NCBI GenBank assembly: GCA_013812695.1
Contig: JACCSZ010000293.1
Coordinates: 1-42,356 of the forward strand
Origin: Gemmatimonadales bacterium
GTDB lineage: Bacteria; Gemmatimonadota; Gemmatimonadetes; Gemmatimonadales; GWC2-71-9
Length of the DNA stretch: 42,356 nt
Direction of reading: 5' to 3'
The notes under the pieces are model-generated. The model did not search any database, was not told the origin of the DNA, and saw only the letters and a program-made list of their open reading frames with translations. The position numbers and the translations under genes were made by a program. Positions 27,506 to 33,799 of the stretch are shown here, one piece after another; position 1 is the first letter of the stretch; each line of letters opens with the position of its first letter.

Positions 27506-27649
27506 CTTTGCTCCTCCTGGCGAGTAAGATCACGCCGGTGACGTATGAACCGGCATGTTAGCGTAAATCGTTGCCCGCTGCAGTGATCACTCTCACACAC
27601 GAGTCCCTATGGGTGACCGCCGTCACGATGGCGCTCTACTTGCCCACAG

Positions 27650-27668
27650 AACTTAACAGCGTTAAGTT
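27650..27668. promoter_or_regulatory. perfect palindromic operator candidate (AACTTAAC-N3-GTTAAGTT) just upstream of the TetR gene
   Basis: aacttaacagcgttaagtt ends 6 nt before the TetR ATG (27675). It lies in the divergent region shared with the small lipoprotein gene. Confidence 0.55.
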
Positions 27669-27674
27669 GCCCTC

Positions 27675-28316
27675 ATGGCACTGAACGTCACCCGGGGCCC
27701 TCGCGAGCGCCGCGTCCGCGAGCGGCGGGAAACCCGCGAACTCATTCTCGACGCCGCTCGCGAGATGTTCGTCAAGGATGGGGTCGAGTCGGTGACCATG
27801 CGGGCGATCGGCAAGAAGATCGAGTATACACCGACGGCCATCTACCACCACTTCCGCGACAAGCACGCCCTGCTCCGCGAGCTCTGCGCCAACGACACGA
27901 GGGCCCTGGCGCAGGCGTTTCACCGTATCGGCCGCATCGAGGATCCGGTCGAGCGTCTCCGTCGGATCGGCCAGGCCTATCTGCGATTCGGCCTGGAGCA
28001 TCCGAACCACTATCGGTTTCTGTTCATGACCGTCACACCCGACGTGGAGAACGGTCTCGAGAAGGGGAACCCTGAGGAAGACGCGTACGGTGTGCTCCGC
28101 GCCACGGTGGCCGAGGCGATTGCCGCGGGTCGGCTCCGGCCGGAGCTGCGCGATCCCGACCAGGTCGCCCTGATGTGCTGGTCGGTGACTCACGGGATCA
28201 TCTCGCTCTCGATCGTGTTCGACAATGACGACTGGATCGCCTGGCCGGATCCGGAGCGCACCGGCCTCGCGGCGGTGGATGCCCTCATGCGCGGGATCGT
28301 GAGGGAGGGGCTGTAG
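27675..28316 (+). CDS. TetR/AcrR family transcriptional regulator
   Basis: The N-terminal HTH reads RELILDAAREMFVKDGVESVTMRAIGKKIEYTPTAIYHHFRDKHALL. The C-terminal region is a helical ligand domain. Confidence 0.9.
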   Translation: MALNVTRGPRERRVRERRETRELILDAAREMFVKDGVESVTMRAIGKKIEYTPTAIYHHFRDKHALLRELCANDTRALAQAFHRIGRIEDPVERLRRIGQAYLRFGLEHPNHYRFLFMTVTPDVENGLEKGNPEEDAYGVLRATVAEAIAAGRLRPELRDPDQVALMCWSVTHGIISLSIVFDNDDWIAWPDPERTGLAAVDALMRGIVREGL

Positions 28317-28339
28317 GATGCCGGGTTTATTTGACCGGT

Positions 28340-28358
28340 GACTTAACGACGTTAGATA
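28340..28358. promoter_or_regulatory. second, degenerate copy of the TetR operator motif
   Basis: gacttaacgacgttagata shares ACTTAAC-N3-GTTA with the site at 27650-27668. It lies 24 nt after the TetR stop and directly in front of the RND remnant. Confidence 0.35.
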
Positions 28359-28359
28359 G

Positions 28360-28524
28360 CCCTACACGGTAAACACGAGCGACAATGGATCAGCGGCGCC
28401 CTCCGCGCCGCACGCCCCCCTCGCGCGGGTATCACGAGGCGGGCTGATCTTATCGACCTTGACGGCGCGGCTGGTGACGCCGGTGATTTACAAGCTGCTG
28501 GATCCGGCGGTAGCGGAGAGTTGA
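28360..28524 (+). pseudogene. remnant of the 3' end of an RND (AcrB/CzcA-type) efflux permease gene
   Basis: The frame is open from 28360 to TGA 28522-28524. Its last ~35 residues, PLARVSRGGLILSTLTARLVTPVIYKLLDPAVAES, match the characteristic last TM helix and C-terminus of RND pumps (GGL..ST.LTL.V.PV.Y.LLD). No start and no upstream pump sequence is present. Confidence 0.5.
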
Positions 28525-28541
28525 GAACCAGTCGCCCTTAG

Positions 28542-28590
28542 CTTCGGCGCCGAGTTCGATAGGTGGGGGAGCCTGGGACCGGCGCCGAAG
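28542..28590. repeat. 11-bp perfect inverted repeat with 27-nt loop after the RND remnant
   Basis: cttcggcgccg (28542-28552) pairs with cggcgccgaag (28580-28590). There is no T-run. It may be the old operon terminator. Confidence 0.35.
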
Positions 28591-28998
28591 GGGTGTCCGC
28601 GTTGAGCGTCAGGACACTCCAGATCTCCGGATGCTGGTCGAACCACTCGCGCTCGTCCTCTGGCGAGTCGTTCCAACCGTTATAGTCGCATGTCATTACG
28701 ATATCTGTGCCTTCCCGGGTGCCCTCGCTCTATCGCGAGCCGACCATGGGGTCAGCAGGCTCCGTGCCATGCTCATCGGTGGACGCCGACATCCACGGGC
28801 GGGTTCCACCCGCCGTGCCGGCCGACCCCATGGCAAGACAGCGCGACTCAGAGGGAACCCAATGGCGCACCGAGGTGTTTGCCTTGAAAGCCTGCAACGG
28901 TGGGGGCCGTCCAGTCATCAGCCCAGATGACAGGTGGACTACGCGGCCGGAAAATGATCATACAAGCCATTGCAATCGCAATAGATAGGAGTGTTCAG

Positions 28999-29892
28999 TT
29001 GCCTGCCAAGAAGCGGAGCCGCCGGAAGGGGCGCAGCCGAGCCGCGCAGTTGCCCCGGGCGGTCGATGAAGGGCGCGAGAGTCTCGATTTCTATCTCCAG
29101 GAAATCAGCCGGATTCCTCTCCTCAACGTTCAGGACGAGACCGCGATCGCCCAGCGCGCGTTTCGGGGGGACGTCGAGGCGCAGGAAAAGTTGGCCCGGC
29201 ACAACGTGCGCTTCGTGGTCTCGGTGGCTAAGAAGTTCCAGAACCGGGGGGTGCCGCTCATGGACCTCATCGGGGAGGGCAACCTCGGCCTGATGACCGC
29301 CGCCAGGAAGTTCGATCCGGACCGCGGGGTGAAGTTCATCTCGTATGCGGTGTGGTGGATCCGGCAAGCCATTCAGGCGGCGATCGCCCGGCATGGGCGG
29401 CCGGTGCGGGTGCCCCTCAACCGGACGGCCGACCTGAATCGGCTGGGGCGGGCGACGACCCTGCTGGCCGAGCAGCTGGGCCGGGCACCCACGACCGAGG
29501 AGCTGGTGGAGGCGACAGGGCTCACCCGCGACGCCGTGCGCGCGCTGAGCGCGCTACACATCGAGGCCATGCGGCTCGACCATCCGGTACGCGAAGCGGA
29601 CGAGCGCGGCCGCATGGAGCGGTTCGTCCCGCTGACTCAGGAAGGGACCGACGCGACCACGATGGCCAACAGCCGGGCCGACGATCTCGACGCCGCCCTC
29701 GCGGCACTCCCCGCGCGGGATGCGAAGGTACTCCGGCTCTACTTCGGTCTGGACGACGGGAAGACCCGGACGCTCGAGGAGATCGGCGGGATGATGGGCG
29801 TCACCCGTGAGCGGATCCGGCAGCTCCGGGACCGAGCCCTCCGACAGTTGCGTGAGCAGCACGGCGACAAACTGCGCGATCTGGCCGCGTAA
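28999..29892 (+). CDS. sigma-70 family RNA polymerase sigma factor (RpoD-like, regions 1.2-4, no region 1.1)
   Basis: TTG 28999 has AGGAG 7 nt upstream. GC3 is low upstream of it, and an alternative ATG lies at 28954. Region 1.2-2 reads LDFYLQEISRIPLL...LARHNVRFVVSVAKKFQNRGVPLMDLIGEGNLGLMTAARKFDPDRGVKFISYAVWWIRQAI. Region 4.2 reads RTLEEIGGMMGVTRERIRQLRDRALRQLR. Confidence 0.85.
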   Translation: MPAKKRSRRKGRSRAAQLPRAVDEGRESLDFYLQEISRIPLLNVQDETAIAQRAFRGDVEAQEKLARHNVRFVVSVAKKFQNRGVPLMDLIGEGNLGLMTAARKFDPDRGVKFISYAVWWIRQAIQAAIARHGRPVRVPLNRTADLNRLGRATTLLAEQLGRAPTTEELVEATGLTRDAVRALSALHIEAMRLDHPVREADERGRMERFVPLTQEGTDATTMANSRADDLDAALAALPARDAKVLRLYFGLDDGKTRTLEEIGGMMGVTRERIRQLRDRALRQLREQHGDKLRDLAA

Positions 29893-29913
29893 CGTGACGG
29901 GGGGCTGGAGTGA

Positions 29914-29954
29914 ACGACCCCGCCACATGTTGCACGTGGCGGCGTCGTTTTTTT
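29914..29954 (+). terminator. rho-independent terminator of the sigma factor gene
   Basis: The stem acgaccccgccac / gtggcggcgtcgt (one mismatch) is followed by a T7 run ending at 29954. Confidence 0.75.
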
Positions 29955-30045
29955 GTACGGTGTCCAAAATCTGCCACTGGACGAGGTGAGCGCTTTCTCA
30001 CAGATTATATGTCACCTCCCCACCGCCATCTGCCCCGAGGTCGTC

Positions 30046-30492
30046 GTGGCTCCGTTTCGGTCTCTATATCACGCCGTGCAGGCGAAGCTCGCCGAGCACT
30101 TCGAGCTGGTGCTCACGGCCGTTGGCGTACTACTGTCCGTAATGCTCACATTTTCCCAACTCGACCGCGGCACGCAGGGGCTCGCGCTTACGTTCCTGGT
30201 CTGGCTGCAGGGCTTTCTCATCTGGGCGGTGCGCCGGCATTCGCGGCTCGCGCGCCTCCGGCTCATCCGCAAGCTGCGCATCATGCTTCAGGATCGGGTG
30301 AACAATCAACTCACCGTTCTCGTGGGGGTCGCCGAGCTGCCCGGGCCAACGGGCCACCGGCCCGCGCCGGAGGATGTGGAGACTGCGCTGACCGCGGCGC
30401 GAGCGGTGTCGCGCGAACTCGAGAGCCTGTCCGTCGAGTCGCTGCACCACTGGGAATCGCGCTACGCGCACCTGCCTGCGTCGATTCGCTAA
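30046..30492 (+). CDS. two-TM membrane protein with cytoplasmic DHp-like helix (His replaced by Asp), unknown function
   Basis: GC3 is high in this frame. GTG 30046 has GAGG 5 nt upstream; alternative starts are GTG 29986 and TTG 29953 (the latter inside the terminator). TM segments are LVLTAVGVLLSVMLTF and LALTFLVWLQGFLIWAV. The motif LQDRVNNQLTVLVGV resembles the HRVKNNL H-box of HisKA_2 kinases. Confidence 0.6.
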   Translation: MAPFRSLYHAVQAKLAEHFELVLTAVGVLLSVMLTFSQLDRGTQGLALTFLVWLQGFLIWAVRRHSRLARLRLIRKLRIMLQDRVNNQLTVLVGVAELPGPTGHRPAPEDVETALTAARAVSRELESLSVESLHHWESRYAHLPASIR

Positions 30493-30714
30493 CTCGGTGC
30501 TGCGCGTTTTGCACCCGGGGGTGCAGTGTGCCAGGCGAGGACGGTCAGCGAGGGTTAGTCTGGCTCCAGCAAGGGAAAAAGATCCGGGTCGGTAGTTCGA
30601 GCGAGCCCGGTGCGCCGGTTGCTCGATCCCCTCCTCCCTCTCGTTCGGTGCGCTCCGGTGCACTGACCGCTACCAGGCACTACGGGACCGGATATTGCGG
30701 GCGGAGTCGGCTCC

Positions 30715-31377
30715 ATGACGGTTCCCAGCCAGATGTCACTCCGCCGCATTCCCGAAGCGCTGCACTTGCAAGTCCGCGTCGCCTACGCCATGAGCTGGGA
30801 GGCGCTGATCGACACCCATACTCGCCAGGCACTTCAATTCGTCTCCGAGTTCGCCACGAGGGCGCCCGTGCTGGACGCGCTCGATCTGTACTTTCGCGTG
30901 ACCGCCGTGCCCGATGCGATGCACGAGGTGGTGCGCTCGCGCACCCTTACGGCCATCGACCTCAAGAGCGTGCCCCAGCCCGCGGACATGCCGGTGCTCA
31001 ACGGCTGGGGCCGCCTGCGCCTCGATCTGGTGCTCGAGCACAGCCGGTACCGGCGGCGCCATCAGGAGCGGACGCTCGAACTGGCCCGCATGGTGGGGGC
31101 CCGGGCGGCCGAGGCGGTCGTGGCCACGCACGTCGAGAACGCGCTGGAGCTTGCTTGGCTCCTCAAGGGCGTCATGCCGGTGAACGCCGTGACCGATCAC
31201 TATCTGCGCGAGTTCGTGCTGCAAGCGAGCCTGGCGCAGATGGTCATGCAGCGGGTGCAGGCTCGAGTGGCGGGCGACGAGCTGACAGCACAGGTGGACG
31301 AGCCGTTGCCGGGGGGGCTCGAGCCCGCGCCGGAGGCGGCGCCGGGATATCAGGAGCCTGCGGCGCGAGGGGTTTGA
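30715..31377 (+). CDS. hypothetical cytoplasmic protein (220 aa), no family recognised
   Basis: ATG 30715 has GGAG 8 nt upstream. GC3 is high in this frame, and the composition is balanced and mostly helical-looking. The antisense ORF 30736-31389 is Arg/His/Gly-rich. Confidence 0.65.
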   Translation: MTVPSQMSLRRIPEALHLQVRVAYAMSWEALIDTHTRQALQFVSEFATRAPVLDALDLYFRVTAVPDAMHEVVRSRTLTAIDLKSVPQPADMPVLNGWGRLRLDLVLEHSRYRRRHQERTLELARMVGARAAEAVVATHVENALELAWLLKGVMPVNAVTDHYLREFVLQASLAQMVMQRVQARVAGDELTAQVDEPLPGGLEPAPEAAPGYQEPAARGV

Positions 31378-31409
31378 GGAAACCGACATTCCGAGTGACC
31401 GTCGCTCCT

Positions 31410-32561
31410 TCAGAATTCAAACCCCACCGCCACGTTCGCGTGCGTTCCCGACACCGTGCCCGCCCCGTAGCGGGTCTGGAGGCGGCGGAGCTCCGCCCCG
31501 ATCACCACCGGTGCCAGGCGCCAGCTCGCGTGGCCCTCGAGCGCGACGTTTCGGAGCCGCTGCGTGGCGGTGTCCAGATCCGCGTCGTCGGGATCGTCCA
31601 CCCCGAGACCGGCGCCAATCTCCCAGCCAGCCCCGGGCCGAGCGTTGAGTTGCACCCATCCGCCTGTCGTCCTCACGGCCCCGCTGTCGAGCCCGAAGTT
31701 CTGCCCGATGTCGCCGCCGCCAAGCCCGGCAAGCGCCCGCCCAGTGTAGCCCTCCCCACGGACCTCGAGCCCGCGCAGCAGCGGCGTCCACACGCTCACC
31801 GCTACCGCGCGTGACGCGACTCGTCTGCCGGTGCCGACGGCGAGCCAGCCGTAATGGCCGCCCAGGTTCACCTCGCCCTGCGTGTCCCCGTCGCCCCAGC
31901 GGGCCCGCACCCGCGCCTGGAGATACGGCCGGCTGGTGCGCTCAGCGATGTCGGGCTGGGTGAAGAACGCCGTCTGTGGGTCGCCCGAAGTGGGGGCCAG
32001 CGCCGCGATCTCGACCCCCAGCCGGACCGCGCCGCCAAGCGCCAGGGCGGCGGCCAGCCGCACCTGGGGAATCCAGAGCCAGAGGTTGCCGGCGCCGGCG
32101 AACTCCGGGATCCCGATGCTGGCCAGCGAGGACGGATTGATCTCGGCGATCGGCGGTGATTCCTGGCCGGCGAATACCGTCACCCGGCCCCGGGTGAGCT
32201 CGGCAAAGGCGCGGCGGAGGCGCACCAGCGGAAAGGTGCGGCCGCCGGTGGAAGGCTGCTGCCCGCCGAAGAAGTCGACGTCGAGCTCGCCGGTGAGCTG
32301 CCCGCCGGCGAACTCGGGCACCAGTGCGGCGACGGTCACCCGCGACTGGCGCATGGTGGCGCCCGCGGCGCCCGCCGCCGCCCCGCCGAAGGAGGCGAGC
32401 ACGAACTGCGGCACGTCGCTGTTGTTGAACCCGTCGCTGTTGGCGAAAGCGTTGAGCAGGATCAGGCCGCGCACGTGCGCCTGCAGGCCGGTGTCCTGAC
32501 CGCCGGCCGGAGCCGCGAGCGCGAGGGAAAGCAGGAAGGAGAGCAGGATGTGCCGCGGCAT
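31410..32561 (-). CDS. outer-membrane porin-like beta-barrel protein
   Basis: ATG 32559-32561. Signal peptide MPRHILLSFLLSLALAAPAGGQ. The body has Gly/aromatic-rich alternating strands and ends THANVAVGFEF (terminal Phe). The track ORF (to 33263) is over-extended across the divergent gene. Confidence 0.75.
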   Translation of the reverse strand: MPRHILLSFLLSLALAAPAGGQDTGLQAHVRGLILLNAFANSDGFNNSDVPQFVLASFGGAAAGAAGATMRQSRVTVAALVPEFAGGQLTGELDVDFFGGQQPSTGGRTFPLVRLRRAFAELTRGRVTVFAGQESPPIAEINPSSLASIGIPEFAGAGNLWLWIPQVRLAAALALGGAVRLGVEIAALAPTSGDPQTAFFTQPDIAERTSRPYLQARVRARWGDGDTQGEVNLGGHYGWLAVGTGRRVASRAVAVSVWTPLLRGLEVRGEGYTGRALAGLGGGDIGQNFGLDSGAVRTTGGWVQLNARPGAGWEIGAGLGVDDPDDADLDTATQRLRNVALEGHASWRLAPVVIGAELRRLQTRYGAGTVSGTHANVAVGFEF

Positions 32562-32621
32562 GGCGGACCTTCTTCGGTGGTCGCGTTGACGGTCGTCCGG
32601 GCCAACGGTAACCTTGAGAAT

Positions 32622-33311
32622 ATGCGGGCCAAAATACAGCGTGGCGGGCGGTTCCGCCGGGCCATTCTGCTCGCCGTGGGGGCGGCAGCGACCCTGGCGG
32701 CGCGCCGCGCGACCGATGTCCGGGGACGGCTCACCGTGCTCGACAAGGGCAACCGCCCCGCCGAAGATGTGGGACAGGCGGTGATCTGGCTCGACGGCCG
32801 GGGCGCCGCGCCCGCGCCTGCCCGGGCGGAGATCACGACCTCCGACAAGGCGTTCAGGCCGCACGTGCTCGTCGTGCCCGCGGGATCCACCGTCTCCTTC
32901 CCGAATCTGGACCCATTCAATCACAACGTCTTTTCGCTGTCCGAGGAGCAGCCGTTCGATCTCGGGCTCTACGGGCGCGGCGAGACCCGCACGGCGCGCT
33001 TCACGCGAGCCGGGGTCGTCCGGGTCTACTGCAACGTGCACGCGCAGATGAGCGCCCTCGTCATCGTGCGCGATGGTCCGTACGTCGCCCAGCCGTCGGG
33101 CGACGGGTCCTTTACGCTCAGCCAGGTCCCGCCCGGCCGCTATACGCTGCACGCGTGGCACGAGCGCGCCCCGGAAGCGACGCAGCCGGTGGTCGTGCCG
33201 CCTGGCGGCCTTGGCGGCCTCGCACTCACCCTCGACGCGCGCGGGCACCGTTTCAAGCCTCACCTCAACAAGTTCGGCCAGCCGTATCCGCAGCAGGGAC
33301 GGAGATACTGA
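32622..33311 (+). CDS. periplasmic cupredoxin (type-1 copper, amicyanin/plastocyanin-like) fused to a carboxypeptidase-regulatory-like beta-sandwich
   Basis: ATG 32622. Signal RRAILLAVGAAATLAA. Putative ligands are the His in FPNLDPFNHNVFS and Cys-x2-His-x2-Met in RVYCNVHAQMSALV. The C-terminal domain reads GDGSFTLSQVPPGRYTLHAWHE. Confidence 0.8.
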   Translation: MRAKIQRGGRFRRAILLAVGAAATLAARRATDVRGRLTVLDKGNRPAEDVGQAVIWLDGRGAAPAPARAEITTSDKAFRPHVLVVPAGSTVSFPNLDPFNHNVFSLSEEQPFDLGLYGRGETRTARFTRAGVVRVYCNVHAQMSALVIVRDGPYVAQPSGDGSFTLSQVPPGRYTLHAWHERAPEATQPVVVPPGGLGGLALTLDARGHRFKPHLNKFGQPYPQQGRRY

Positions 33312-33313
33312 GG

Positions 33314-33754
33314 ATGCCGCTCGGCACCAAGATCTTTGCTGGTGCCGCCCTGGTGGTCATGGCGGCGCTCGGCACCGCCCTCCTGGTCACGCGCGGCCGC
33401 ACCGACGAGGCTGCTCAGGCCTCGTCGGCCCGCGCGCTCCGGGCCACCCGCTCCGCCATCGGCGACGCCCTCGTGAGTCGCAGCCGAAGCCTCCGCCAGC
33501 TCACCGCCGCGCTGGTCCAGGTGCCCGCCTACGTCTCGCGCATCGGTGAGGCGCTTCGCACCGACGACCGCGCCAACCTGCTGGATCAGGCGGACGAGCT
33601 CCGGGCACAGACGGGAGCGGACTGGGTGCTCATTGTCGATGAGGGCGGGGTGCTCAAGGCCTGGACCGCGCAGCGCGCCGCGGCCGATGAGGACTTCTCG
33701 GCCGGCGCGCTGATCGGGCGCGCCCTCGAGGGGCGGACGACGGAGGGACTCTGA
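33314..33754 (+). CDS. N-terminal fragment (TM anchor + first half of periplasmic sensor domain) of the sensor Ser/Thr kinase; ends at an in-frame TGA
   Basis: ATG 33314 lies 2 nt after the cupredoxin stop. TM segment IFAGAALVVMAALGTALLV. The frame stops at TGA 33752-33754 but continues open and homologous-looking into the next ORF. Both pieces are in the same frame (33800-33314 = 486). Confidence 0.7.
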   Translation: MPLGTKIFAGAALVVMAALGTALLVTRGRTDEAAQASSARALRATRSAIGDALVSRSRSLRQLTAALVQVPAYVSRIGEALRTDDRANLLDQADELRAQTGADWVLIVDEGGVLKAWTAQRAAADEDFSAGALIGRALEGRTTEGL

Positions 33755-33799
33755 ATCGAATCGGCGCCCGATCGCGACGAGCTGTTCCAGGCGGTCGGC

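Noticed and set aside
28488-28988. Track ORFs 28488-28676(-), 28631-28930(+), 28690-28887(+), 28707-28988(+) and 28730-28918(-).
   Set aside because: They mutually overlap, have no Shine-Dalgarno sequences, and give Arg/Pro/Gly-rich or odd-composition peptides with no recognisable motif. I treat the region as non-coding or decayed (see the finding on 28525-28998).
30575-30615. tRNA-like T-arm impression (ggtagttcgagcgagcccgg) in the 30493-30714 intergenic region.
   Set aside because: No acceptor stem, anticodon arm or GTTCRANYC T-loop consensus can be built around it.
32562-33263. Upstream 234 codons of track ORF 31410-33263 (the porin gene).
   Set aside because: This part is antisense to the cupredoxin gene. 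The porin has a canonical signal peptide starting at ATG 32561.
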